Origin: Chiloscyllium plagiosum
Taxonomy: Eukaryota
Assembly: GCF_004010195.1 (NCBI RefSeq)
Contig: NC_057727.1
Coordinates: 44,904,527-44,968,526, forward strand
Length of the DNA stretch: 64,000 bases
Direction of reading: 5' to 3'
A program made the translations under genes and the position numbers. A model generated the notes under the pieces. The model saw only the letters and a program-made list of their open reading frames with translations. It had not been told where the DNA came from and made no database searches. Positions 46,891 through 60,074 of the stretch are shown piece after piece (positions within the stretch are counted from its first letter, which is position 1; each line of letters opens with the position of its first letter).

Positions 46891-48459
46891 TATATATGTA
46901 GTGGCCAATTCATGCTCTCCTGATGGGACACCAGCCAATTCCATTCAGGAGTTATATTCAACACCCAGTCACTGATTAGATGGCAGGAATCTAGGGATAG
47001 GCAAGCCATGAACCAGAAGTTATTCATGGCCACCGGTTTATAATAACTTCTGGCACATATCTTCGTCACCTGAAACAGAGAGTGCAGCTTTGAAATTGCA
47101 GGGTGTTTCCGAAGGAGGATTTAAATTGCACTGACCTATTGCAGCTGGTTAGAGCTTGCTTTTAAGTGTGGATGACTTCAGAGCTGGTCTTGAAGCATTC
47201 AGTTCCTTTGTCAGGATGAAAAGAACATTGGAATGCAGCTGACCCACTCCCATTATAAGTAGCAAGAATTGAGGGAAACATTCTAAATTGACAGATTAAC
47301 TCTTTGCCTCTCCACAAACAGCAGAGAAAATGGAATAAAGAGCTGGAAAGGTTCCCAGATCAAGGACAAACTAATGATTTGACAATGACTCCTTGCAATT
47401 CCTCCTCCTGGCTCTAAGTCCTCATGCCCACTGGTAGGAAGAGGAAATCTCCCATCAGACAAGAGCCACCGGACTGAGTGGAAGTCAGCAACCTTAAGGT
47501 CATCCAACAAATGTGGCTTCAGTGCCAAAAAAGATTCAACAGCCTCGTGAGATATGAAAACAGGAGTGTGTAACCATTCTAGAGACAGATATACATATAT
47601 AAGTGAGGGGCGTTAATGAATGAGACGTTTTGTATATTTCTCAAATGTGGAAAGTGACATGATACAGACATGTCACTCTGCATGGCAATGCGGTTTCTTA
47701 GGGAGTGGGTTTGTGGTGTTTGAAACAATTCACTGATAAGGAGCACTCAGAAGAGGTAGCCTTGAATATAGTATATATTGGCCACATTTTAAAGGCATAT
47801 ATATAGCACAGTATCATTGAAATTTTGCTCTACTTGCAGAAGAGGGCATACAATGTCTGAGTAAGGGTCAGGACCAGACTGTGCGTAGGTAAACCCGGGA
47901 CAGTCTAACCTCATTCTGGAGGAGGGTCTGGCATTGGCAGCAAAAGATTGGAGTAGAGCCATTAGTTGCAGCAAGTTGGGAGAAAGCCCAAGGTGATGAA
48001 ATACCAAGGACACATAAAGATCAAACCTGCCAACAGTATAGGGGAGGAAACTGGGGTGGGAAGTGTCGGAAAGACAGCTTTCATGGATTTTGAGAATGAA
48101 GGCTTGCAGAATTTAAAGAGGAAAGTGTGGTTACCACCTCCCAGTGGTGCCAGTTTGAGTTTTAAAATAGCATGATTCTCCAAGCTTACCTCAAGTGATG
48201 ATGACACCCCTCATTCTCATTGCTTTTGTTTCCTTATGGGTGACATGTTGCAGTTTAGACAGTAGCCTCAAAGGGCTAACAGTAGATTTTGAGGAGCAAG
48301 AAGTAACATTTGAGGATGCAGTATCACATTCTTACACAGTATTTAACATCAGTACAGACACACACAACTTGGCGGGTAAGTGTCAATTGGCGGCAAGTAA
48401 CTAACACTCTGGTGAACAAACATCGCAGTCAGCAGAACTCAGATCTAGCAGCTTCTGAT

Positions 48460-48860
48460 GTTTTGAATTCATGTATTATCTTTATTTGGTGAGTTTTTAA
48501 TCAGCCATATTAGCTACTAATGTGAGAGATCATGTCCATGTGTGCACAGCATTGACATTAACAAACAGCCCAGATGTTTATGGGAAGGAGCTGAAAGACG
48601 AAGGTGAAAAGGGTCATGATGGTGTTATTGAGCTGCTGAGACCTCACCATTGGAATCTTCTCATGAGAAGGGAAGAGAATTTATCTTGCCCGGGTATCCA
48701 GAGCCTCCTGTGGATCAGCATGTAACCTGATTGTCATGACTCACCCTTTCCTTCATCATAGGACAGTGCTGTTCCTATCAATCCTCCGTTGCTAGGGTTT
48801 CCCCTCTCTTCAAGATCAGTTTGTGTAAGACAATGCAGACAATGACTGTAATGGACACTT
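48460..48860 (-). mobile_element. Second copy of the Harbinger element at about 27515-27920, inverted
   Basis: Reverse-complement match, e.g. ccattggaatcttctcatgagaagggaagagaat versus attctcttcccttctcatgagaagattccaatgg. Confidence 0.82.
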
Positions 48861-49636
48861 ATGAATATTTAGACCTCTATTTGGTTTGTCCAAAAAATTG
48901 TTTTATTAAAAGGCAAATCGCATCTGGCTAACTGAGTTCATTTTTTTGAAATATAGAAATATTTGATCCAGGTTATGAAGTAAATTGTGTAAATGGGCTT
49001 ACAGAAGGTAGCCAAAAAAGTGCCATGAAAGAGGTTTATTAAAAATTTGGAATCCGAGGAAACTCAGGGAGCAAAAGACTATATGGATACAAAATTAATG
49101 CAGCATAAAAAACAAATTGTGAAGGGTAGATGTTTTTCAGACTGAGGGTTGGTCTGCAGTGATATTCCACAAGTATAAGTTTTGCACACAATTCCATTTC
49201 AGTATGGATGAATCACCTGTAGACAGCAGTGTTATAAAGTTGGAAGATGGTAGACCTCTCATTGCCTTCACATACCTTCTGACTGCTCATCTATGATAGG
49301 CATATCTCCCAAACACGGTCCAACACAATGATTGGCATTCTCCTCTCTGCTTTGTAGGACAAGTTGATGCAAAACAGAAAAAAAAAACCCATAACATCAG
49401 TGGGCAGCAAAAATGTCTGTATCTCCTGAGATCTATGGGTGATGGTTCTTCCCATCTTCAGACTGCCTACAGCAGAGTCCGTAGTACCTAGTGTAGCTGA
49501 GAACCTAAAGGATGATACTATATTTCTCTCAATTACTCTCTTCTCAACTCCTGACACATACTGATCTTGTTATTTAGCATGATAAGCAAAATGTTGATGG
49601 ATCTATTGCTTTTCAGCCCACACTCCCATTCCTCAC

Positions 49637-49934
49637 GGGCGGCACGGTGGCACAGTGGTTAGCACTGCTGCCTCACAGCGCCAGAGACCCGGGTTCAATT
49701 CCCGACTCAGGCGACTGACTGTGTGGAGTTTGCACATTCTCCCCGTGTCTGCGTGGGTTTCCTCCGGTTTCCTCCCACAGTCCAAAGATGTGCAGGTCAG
49801 GTTAATTGGCCATGCTAAATTGCCCATAGTGTTAGGTAATAAAGGGTAAATGTAGGGGTATGGGTGGGTTGCGCTTCGGCGGTGTGGACTTGTTGGGCCA
49901 AAGGGCCTGTTTCCACACTGTACTGTAATGTAAT
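49637..49934 (+). mobile_element. HE1-type V-SINE (young)
   Basis: Full head to gtaatgtaat tail. 5-bp TSD ctcac at 49632-49636 and 49935-49939. Confidence 0.93.
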
Positions 49935-51039
49935 CTCACACCATCCTTTTCCTGATTTCCTGCCTTCAGACACCCAATAATTGGAACAGCAGTTTTAGGA
50001 GGATGAAGGGAGCAACAGCTTGTCACTGATAAAGATGCCCCGTCACTAAATCTGACACTGACAGCCACCAACACACATACTCCAGGTACCTTAAAGGCTT
50101 CGATCGGATCACTCTGCAATGAGTCACCAGGCACGAGTTGGCTGCAGTCAGTTCAGGGATAATGAATGGTTTGTTTGCCATCTCATCAGAGGATGGCATT
50201 GTAAGTGTGTTTTTATTACAAGAAGTTCAGATGAAGACATTGATAATGTGGCAGGGTGCAGGAGTGGGGTGTTGATGGTGGGGGGGGGGTCATGAATATC
50301 AAATATCATGATATAGAGCCTTTTGCTGGCCTATTGCTCAGCCTCCTGTCACTGTCAGGAAGCATGGAGGAGTCTGGCTCCAACTTGACAAAGGGTATTG
50401 ATCTGAGCTTTCTCCCTCAGCAGCCTCTGCGCCATTTCCCTGCTGCTTTGCTCATCCTGACAGCAACCTTTGTGTAGGCTTGTTGCCTACTCCACTTTCC
50501 CCCCTTTGAATAACCAACAGCAACACTGCCACATCTAGAAACACAAAAACAGCTCCAAAAACGCTCCAAATAAATTCATGCCCCCTCTCTTGAGATTACC
50601 TTATTCTTAACTCCATATAAGGAGTTTGCTTTTTAATTTTAAACTTTCCTTTTTTATCCACAGTTGTGTATTTTTTAAACATCTTAATTGTTTTTCATGT
50701 AAGTCATTGAAAATGCCTGCAGATTTTGAGAAGAATATTTGATTTAAGCTGCCAGATGCATATGTATATTTGCATGTATGTCGTAGCAGCATATTCCTTA
50801 ACTGTATGACTTATTTTCTGTGATCAAAGAGAGTAAGGTGCCTTCAGATGTTCTTATATGGTTCATAACCTGACCTAAATATAGCACAGAATAAACAAAA
50901 TATTAAGTTTGAAATGAGTAGTAGTTTGCCATTTTAATGGTTGGTTAAAAAGTAGTCCTAACCACAGAATTATGGCGGTTTTCCCATTAAAAAAAATGGA
51001 AAAATAATATTCCACATTTTTGCTGCCACCACATTCCTA

Positions 51040-51760
51040 GAATTATTGAATCATGCTGAACAGAAGAGGCTATTTAACTGATCAAGTCTGCCCTGACAAA
51101 ATGTACTCCACTTGTCCCACTTTTCAGTATTTGACACATAGCCTTGAATGTTGTGACATTTCAAGTTTTCATCCAAGTACTTTTTAAAGGTTGTAAGGTT
51201 TCCTGCCTCATCGAACCTCCCAGGCAGTGCTCTGCAGATTCCCACCACGGTCTGAGTGAAAACTCCCCTCTAAACCCACTGCCTTTCCTGCTTGTTATTG
51301 ATCCTTCACCTGAGGAGAACAACTGCTTCATATCCACATTGTCCATGCCCCTTATAATCTTATTGACGGCAATCAGGTCCCCTTCCAGCTGCTCTAAAGA
51401 AATCTGCATTATCCCAAGCAACATCCTGGTCAATCTCACCTGCACCCACTCCAATGTATTCACATCCTTCCTGTCATGCAATGACCAGAACTACACACGG
51501 TTGTGGTCTAACCAAAATCCTGTATAGCTCCAATATAACCTCCTTGCTCTTATAATCTATGCCATGTCAAATAAAGATAGGTGTCACTTGTGTATTCTTA
51601 ACCATCCTACTAATCTGTCTTGCTGCCTTCAGGATCTCTCAACAAGCACTCTAAGATCCTCTGTTCTTCTGAGCTTGCTAGTGTCCTGCTATTTATTGAA
51701 TACTCCTTTGAATTGTCACTCCTTCCAAAGTTCATCTCCTCACACTTGTCTGTTTTAAAG
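51040..51760 (-). mobile_element. CR1-like LINE 3' fragment
   Basis: RKDVNTLEWVQVRLTRML...EGDLIAVNKIIRGMDNVD. Confidence 0.8.
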
Positions 51761-54066
51761 CTGAATAGATTCTCAATGCCTCTACTTTACTGTTAAAGAC
51801 CACAGAGTATGGCGCACATGGCTACAACATGTGGCACAAATAAATAGCACAGCTCAATGCACTTTAGCAAAATTCTTTGCATTGCCTCAAGGTATCCAGA
51901 AGTTATATATGCAACAATACAGATCCTCCTGGTGATGATTTTTGAATTAATCTTTATTACAAGGTAAGCAACCCCCAGGAAATACTCCTATTATCTATGC
52001 AAGGAGAGTATGGGTCAAATCATGAAGGAGTTGAAGTGGGACAGAAACTCCCATGTAGTTTTCTGGGTGCCTGGAAGGTAAAATATGGTTTAAATTAATC
52101 ATATTCATTGCACCTGCATTACAAGAAGACAGATTATCATTACATATACAAGTACAGAGGGAATTGTGACATACCTCAGGGGATACGTCAGTTCAGTGGT
52201 AAAGCCCAGGCTATCATAGTGCAGCAGCATCCTGACATATACTCGTGTTACTTAATCTATTCACAAATCATAATTGTTTAATTCTTTCATGTAATTATAT
52301 GCGGAAAGAAAGAAATACTAAAGGAAAATCTTCATTCATTGTTGCTTGCAAGTTCTAGGGATTGACTTTCATTTTAGCAAATTTGTAAAAGTATTTACAT
52401 CATGTTCTTTCCTGGCTGCTTTGACGAAGTTTATTTTTAAACTCTGGTCTTACAGTTCTTCAGAAAATGTACCTGCAATCCGCAACATAGTTTAGGTATG
52501 GAGCATGGAAGCAAAAACAGCATCTTGCACTTCTTTCTCATTCATCATCTTTTATGCTGTATTCATCAGGTTCAATGATTATCAGTGATCCCACAAGTAC
52601 AGTAAATTAAATGCAGAAGCTATTTTTTTGTATTGGTCAGTTGTCTACATAGCAAAGAAGCTCACTTATTTATTTCTATCAAGTTAATTATTTGTATGAA
52701 GTCTGAGCAGTGTTACTTTCTCTTATAAGTTATATTGTAAATACATGCATAAAATAAATTATATTGTAAATATTTCAGTATTGAATATTTCCTTGAATGT
52801 TACTGATAATGAAGTTGTTTAATTTACATCAATAATAAATTCAACCTAATTAATAATGTAAATATATTTAATGATGCTATCAAAACAACTTATGTGAATA
52901 ATGTTAGCACAAATTTACTACCACTTGTAGTTTCTTGCAATTAGCGGTAATCAAACACTTACAGCAATTTGAGTTACTCACAATGTCCATATAATATTAA
53001 ATACAGTTGTAATTGAATAGATATTAACTAAAACACTAATTACAATAATTAGTAATGTGCAGATCCTGTTTGAATTATACAGCCAAATTCTAAATTGTCT
53101 TCAGGCATTATAACACAGATTTTTAAATACATTTTGTAAAGCAAGTGTTGAAATACATGGTCTATCCAGAGAGATTAATTTTCTGTGCACTTCTCTAGAA
53201 CTCACTCCCTAAATATCTCCATCTCACTAGCATTCATTTTTTCTTTCAAGAAGGTCTTTAAAATGTACCGTTTTGACCAAGAACTCTGTGAAGTTAGGGA
53301 TTTTTTGTTGTTGTGTTAAAGCTGCTATATAAATCCAAATTGTAATTGTTGTCTGAAGTGTGATGTATGTGGCACTGAGTGACACAGAATAGGAAGATCT
53401 TGAGTTTGATTTTCAATTTGAGATGAGCTTACAGTCAGACTCAGAGTATCAGGAGTCACAAGACGTTGGCCCCAATCTCCCCAAAAGTGAAAGGGGAAAA
53501 AAAGCAATCATAATTTCTCACATTTAATTGTTATTCAGTGACCCCTGCTGGATATGGAGAGAATCAACTGTGAAAGTGTTGCCTCTTTATCTTCAAGTAG
53601 CCTGCCACCATTTCACTATCTGGACTCACATGAAGAATGACCATAAGGGAGTAATAGCAATGAAAATGTCAACTGAAAGGAATGGTCTCCTGGTCAAGAG
53701 CTGCATTTGAATGGAAGATGAGTTAGAGAGTAAAGTACTTTCCTTGAGTATGTAGGATTGTTAGGTTTATCCTTACACTCCAGCCTGAATCCTCAATTTA
53801 GTGATGTCAGTGACGTATCAAAATGAACTTATTACAATATGAATTTCTTAATTGCCACCAGGGACATCAACTTCAACTGGGAACAATTAAGAAAAGCAGG
53901 CCACAGAAGACTAAAGACTATCACCATCAGGAAAGATACGTTGGCCTCAAAGGAGGAACAGTGCAGAATTCCTAGAATATTGGTTGAGACAGGTTACATA
54001 AACTTGGTTTGTACTCACTTGAATTTAGAAGGTGAGAGATTATCTGATTAGTATTTAAAATTATAA

Positions 54067-54232
54067 ACAAAATCAGAACTTGCTGGAAAAACCTAGCAGG
54101 TCAGGCAATATCTATGGGAGAAAACAGAGTCAATGTTTTGGGTCCAGTGACCCTTTTTCAGAGCACCTGAGTTCTTTCAGCAATTTCTGATTTATGTTCC
54201 TGATTTGAGTGTCTGCAGTTTGTTGTTTTTTG
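54067..54232. mobile_element. PLE family D mini fold-back element inserted in a CR1 remnant
   Basis: aaatcagaacttgctggaaaaacct...ctttcagcaatttctgattt inverted ends. Degenerate hammerhead on the minus strand (CTGAAAA A GGGTC-ACTG-GACCC AAAACATT). Exact 13-bp TSD tttaaaattataa at 54054-54066 and 54233-54245. Confidence 0.72.
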
Positions 54233-54264
54233 TTTAAAATTATAATGGGATTTGAGATGGTGTA

Positions 54265-54558
54265 GGGTGGCATGGTGGCTCAGTGGTTAGCACTGCTGCC
54301 TCAGCACCAGGGTCCCAGGTTCGATTCCAGCCTCAGCTGAGTCTCTGTGTGGAGCTTGCACATTCTCCCCGTGTCTGCGTGGGTTTCCTCTGGGTGCTCT
54401 GGTTTCCTCCCACAGGTCAGGTGAATTGGCCATGCTAAATTGCCCATTGTGTTAGGTGCATTAGTCAGAGGGAAATGGGCCTGGGTGAGTTACTCTTCGG
54501 AGGGTCGGTGTGGGCTTGTTGGGCCGAAGGGCCTGTTTCCACTCTGTAGGGATCTAAT
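54265..54558 (+). mobile_element. HE1-type V-SINE
   Basis: gggtggcatggtggctcagtggttagcactgctgcc...ggttcgattcc...gggccgaagggcctgtttcc. Confidence 0.9.
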
Positions 54559-56172
54559 ATACACAGTGGAATCACAGTAAGCCAAACTGCAGGGAACCTA
54601 TTCACAAATTTGTGTTGTGAACTTTGAGATAACCAAGGAAGCCCCTGTTTGCTGACAAATATATTCTATGTGTATATAAAAAACAGGAGATTTGAGAAAA
54701 TCTTCATTTTTAAATTTGTTCACATTGTACTATTGTTTTCACAGACCACTGTCCCTTTGTGGAATTAAATAACATAAGACTTTCAGAGTTTTAGAAAGAT
54801 TTTATTGTAAGTTTACAGTTTAGCAAAAAACACCAGCTTCCAACTTTCCCTTCTGGATCCTTGCCTGGTCCAGATGTCAACCTCAACTGGGAAGAACCTA
54901 GCTGTGCTTTTTTCTTAAATAAACCAACTAAAACAAATAAAAGGAAAACAACACCCCCATCCTCAACAATGTAACAACTAAAAGAAATCTGAAGGAGAAA
55001 ATGAGAGAAACCAAGTCAAAATATCACAGGGAAAAAAAAGCGGCCAAAGTGCCTACTTATCTTCAAAAGAGAGGAAGGCAATTGAAAACTACAACCCTCT
55101 TCTGCAGCATGCTGCCTGGACTTCTTCATCATTATTTGAGCAGGCCTCAGAACCTAACTCCTTGTTTTTAAAACCTCACCACCAATTTGTCAAATTATCC
55201 AATTAACAATTAACAATGAACATTGCTCACCAGGAGCAGCATGACAATTAAAATAAAATGCAGAAAGGCAGGGAAAACAAAGGAGGGAATGAAATCAAAA
55301 TAGTGATGGAGGACAGGATATTACGCTCCAACCCTCTCTTAAAGCAAGAACCCAGCTGGTGTGGTAATTTTATCATTAATTTAGTTCTTCACCCAATTAA
55401 CCAATGAACAAGCATTGCAAAACAGGGTGGTGGTGGATGTCCAGCTCATGGTCAATGCCATCCATCAATGAAAATGGCAGTGCTCAGCCTCAATATTGTG
55501 CACTGGTTGGAGCATGCTGAGCTGTGTGGTGGGATACTGTCTGTGTGTATTGCTGCTCGGATGGAATTTCACATCAGCACTGGGTTTCTGAGCCTCTCTC
55601 AGGAGCATGCACTCCACAACCTCAGACATCCCATTGGAATGCCCTATGTTTCTTTCTGCCTGGTCCGAAGGTGATTTTTGTATACTCTACTGCTGCATAT
55701 CATCCACTTCTACTGTTCTTTCAGCCACCTCGGCAAACCTTGTCATGCCTATTTACTGCCTGAGATACTGGTGGAGTTTTGAGTGGAGGACTTTCTATGT
55801 AGGAGGGATCTGGGTAGAGGGTATTGTATGCAGCAGTCTGATGTAATCGCAGATTGCAGCAGTTCACAGACTCCCAGCTTAGCTGTTCATTTTGGGGTGC
55901 CATTGAGTCTGTGGACCAGGTATATGTTGGTGGTGGGTGATTATGCCCCCATTTCAGTTATTGGAGAAATCTTTTGTCATGCTTTTGGCTGAACTTCAAT
56001 CCCATGCTCCTAATCTTTGGGCACCTGATACGGAGGGGTGTAGGCAAATGAGAATATCTTCTTGTGTATCTGCTTTTAGGCCCAACTTGGTTGGCTATAA
56101 ATAGGCCCAGACAATGGGTTGTGGAGGAGATTCGCAGCTATTGTCTGCCTGTCCCTGTTCTGTCGTTACTTC

Positions 56173-56814
56173 TGAAATAACTCCACAGAAGCCAGCCACC
56201 AAATCACCCTTTATTTACACATGGACAGTCCTTGACACCAATCCAGCTCCTTCAGAGCCAGCTCTCAGAGTGAACAAAGCCTCTGACATCCCTGTTCTTT
56301 TGTTTTCTTCTTTTTCTTCTTTCTTTTACTCCCACACTACTGCCGGACAGTGGTAGTGCTTATTGTTCCCCAACACCCATGTTGTGTATCCGCGGGTGTT
56401 GGACACAGTGAAAAACAACAAGTGTGTAAATCTTTATTTATATTCCACTACCAGGAAGAAAGGAAACACCCGAGTGGCCAGTGACAAGCAATGCCCTTCT
56501 CAGAGGGCAATGCTGCATGATCAAACAGTGAAGGAGATGGCAGGGATTAAATCAAAATAGAGTTGGAGGGGGAAATAGTACACTCCACTCCCTGCGGTGC
56601 CCACTTTTCCCTGAAAATCTCAAGAGTGTTAGTCAATGTGCTCCTTCTCCAGTGTCACCTGGGCTCTGATATAACCATGGAAGAGGGGCAGGCAATTCAC
56701 CATAATGACCGACGTCCCTATTCTTATCGGTAAGCCAGAGCTCCATGATTGGACCAGATTAACAGCCCCAGTCAGAGAACTCATATGCTATGCGATCTCA
56801 TTATAATCACTACA
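56173..56814 (-). mobile_element. LTR (Gypsy-type, probably solo), interrupted by a LINE fragment
   Basis: Minus strand begins TGTAGTGATTATAATGAG, contains CCAAT and AATAAA, and ends GGAGTTATTTCA (TG...CA). No clear TSD. Confidence 0.6.
56300..56710 (-). mobile_element. Tx1/L1-type LINE 3' end
   Basis: VNCLPLFHGYIRAQVTLEKEH..LEIFREKWAPQGVECTISPSNSILI*, with an A-rich tail. 15-bp imperfect TSD gacatccctgttctt (56285-56299) / gacgtccctattctt (56711-56725). Confidence 0.65.
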
Positions 56815-57409
56815 GTGTCCATGCCCAGTTGCCTTTGCAAAAAGGATGTCCATCAATGCTCTCGATACCTTTAGAGATAAGTGGGAACCACAGGTTATAG
56901 TGCTTTATCTCCCCTTCCAATTCAATTCTGAATTAGTCCCCTCCCCTTATATTGCCCCTGCTGGGCTTTGCTGTACATCATTCAATTGGAAACACTGCTA
57001 ATTTACTGGCGATGGTCAATAGGTGAAAAAATTACTGTGGGTGATTTGGTGATGGGAAAAAAACATTCAGCTGTGTGTAAGAGCATTTCTGGATTGAATA
57101 AAAAAGAAAAGAAGACACCAAAGAGAAAAGAAAATGAACAAACATTGCTCACTAGGAGCAGGGTATAACAATCATAAAAAATAATAATAACAATAATAAA
57201 AAGTAAAAGAAGGAGAGGAAACAAGGGATGTGACTATACCAGAATGGTGTCAGAGAGGGAAATAATTCACTCCAATCCCCACAATGCCCACTTCTGAAAG
57301 CTTTGCAGGTACTAGTGAACACCCAGGCAAAAATCCAGCACATTTTTATTAATTGTGAAAATCTACCACTAAATCGCCAAATTAAAACAAATAACAAACT
57401 ACCAACAAC

Positions 57410-57525
57410 TAAACAGAGATTGTGAAAAAAATTCAACAGGTACAGCAGTGTCTGTGGAGAGAAAGCAGAGCTAACATTTTGGATCCAATGACTATTCTGA
57501 AGATGAGTCACTGAACACAAAAAAA
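57410..57525. mobile_element. PLE family D pLTR remnant
   Basis: Similar to 54067-54165 (aaacagagattg...gagaaagcagagctaacattttggatccaatgac), followed by ctgaagatgagtcactgaac. Confidence 0.5.
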
Positions 57526-59224
57526 TAGTCTTTAGTCTTACTGTCCTACTGTCGCCATGTCCTGGAAGAAAAAGACTAGTGATTGTCAATGAATGCATTG
57601 GCAGACGAGTCAATTTCTATGCAATATCCTGCATGGTTGAAGAGCTATGAGATGTGCCTGAGGTTTAAAGGATGCAATAGAGAGGGATGTATGAATGTCA
57701 CTGTATAGTTCGACAAATATGTTGAGGTTGTGATGCAAATGCAGTTATTAAGAAGTTACTTGTGAGAGAGCTCGTCCCTTGACCACTCATGTCTAATCAT
57801 TACATTTCTGGTGTATTTGGAGTCATATAATAGAAAGGAAATTTCTGGCTTTCACCATTTCAACTATCTCCTCCCATATCCACAGTATTATTTGCCTCTG
57901 TCTTTCTTCACCCCTCTTAGTGCAGGACATCTCTCCTCTGGTGCACCTCCTCTACTAAGGCTTACAATGTGATGTATCAGAACTTGCAAACATTCTTCCT
58001 TAATCCCAGTAGATGCTGTTTTCAGTCAGCTATTTTACTCTATACTTTTTAAGTATAAGGATCAAGGTTACATACAATTATTACATGAGAAACACTCCTG
58101 ACCAACACTTGAGTACTAAATGTCTAAACTTCTAGTTTTATGCCTCCAGGATGGTTAACTTGTCCTAAAAACTAATAAACTCCGATGTTGCTAACTAAAA
58201 TTAGACTTATACCCAGCATGCCAAATTAGTACAATACCCACTTCATGTATCAATCTCTCCCCTTAAATAACACCAATAATGCTTAATTAAAAAAGAAATT
58301 GTGCTCTTCATAACTTCAAACTGTTTCTGTGTTGTTATTGCTAAGGCAAAATTAAGAGCCTTACAACTGTGTTGGTGCAAAACCTTTTTAAACATTACCC
58401 AAAACCTCAAAGGGCAGTTGTAGGGAGATAGACTAACATTAAGGTCAAGTAGCTGCAATCAAAAATTGCTTTAGATCTCAATTTGCCTCATAACAAATTT
58501 GTCTTATCTGATTTTACAGTAATATGCAGCAATAATATACAGCATGCCACAGATAACATTACAACTTGGTGCTCGATTTATTCAATGGAAAATAACCTTG
58601 AAACATATTTTTCTTGTTGTCTCTCCTCACAGCAGTAATAAATCATGGACTATAAACTGCATCTTGCATAATCATTATGACAAGCTTTAACAATCTTTTG
58701 AATATCCAAACAGCTGTTTTAATTGTGCTGATTTAATATTTTAGTGACTGCCATCAAATTAATTCTATCCCAAAGAAGGAGCAGTGAATATAGAACTGTA
58801 AAATAGATAAAAGACTATAATTCACAATGTGAATAATTTTCTTCTAATTTATGCCATGCAATTGTTTACAGCAGTGGTTTCTATTTCACATGCCTATACT
58901 TATGTTGTTATAGAACTTTATTAGCCGTGCTAAATCCAAATTTTTAAAAATGTTCCTGGAGTACTACATACATCTCTCAGCTTGTCCTTTTCCAAAAAAA
59001 CATCTTTCTTCAGATTTTAAACTTGTTTGTTTTATTTTCTCTGAAACTCTATGGCATAAATATTATGGGATACATCACGCAATATACTAAACCTCTAATA
59101 GAATTTGTGACCATCCTGCCGGCAATAATAGTAAAGATTTTAAATTTAAGATAATGAGAAATGTGGTCATCCATGAGCATATTAACATTCAAAATGTCAT
59201 AACCTGAAATTTGGAAGATGACTT

Positions 59225-59600
59225 CAGCTGTGGTTCAGTGATAGCACTTGTGTATGTGAAAAGAGAGTTATGGGGTCAATCCCATTCCTGAGACTTAGGT
59301 CTGTAACTTTAGGGTGACAATTCAGTGCAGTACTCATCGAAATATTATCTTTCAATTGAGATATTAAGCTAAAGGCTTATCTGCCATCTTGGGTGGACAT
59401 ACAAAATCCCAGAGCACTATTTCAAAGAAAAGCAAAGAAATTCCACCTGATATTTTAGGGATGGTCTATTTCTCAAAGAAAAATAGGCTATGGGATCATT
59501 ATTTTTACTGTTTGAAGGAGGTTATTGAGTGAAAATTACATCCTGCATTTCTAAACAAGTTAATTAGCTGAAAAGCACTTTTCTCATCAGGAAATAAAGT
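59225..59600 (+). mobile_element. DeuSINE (SacSINE1-like), decayed
   Basis: tRNA-like head, then the Deu core gggtggacatacaaaatcccagagcactatttcaaagaaaagca. Confidence 0.7.
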
Positions 59601-60074
59601 GAAATTTTACTTAACGTTTATCAATTAGTTGTTTATTTTTGTGACTTAGTGTATTGCTGTCAACTCTGATAATTGTTGCTTATTTGAGAATCTTCAACTA
59701 TAATCCATATTATACACAAATATAGAAAACTTCCCAACAGTTTAAACAACACACTCATATACTACATTCATCTTAAGTGGAGGGTTGGTGGGATTGTTTT
59801 TCTAAATGTAATATGCAATGCTACTGTCAGAAGTTGCCATTGGAGCCAAAATCTTCTATCAAAAATAAAGGATTGGTAGACATCTCAGAAAAATATTAAA
59901 TATCAAAGGTTAGGGGAAGAGAGAATTATCAGAGAACTTGTGCTAATACAGATACCTAATTTTTAAATCAAACTTTCTATTACCCAATATTTAGAGCTAA
60001 TTATTCATTTGTCATAGTTGGAATGCTGATGAATGTGAAACAAGTGCTGGGAATGTGAGGAATATGAAGTAATG

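Noticed and set aside
54780-56150. Possible retroviral or transposon coding region
   Set aside because: Translations gave no recognisable motif, so it is left unannotated.
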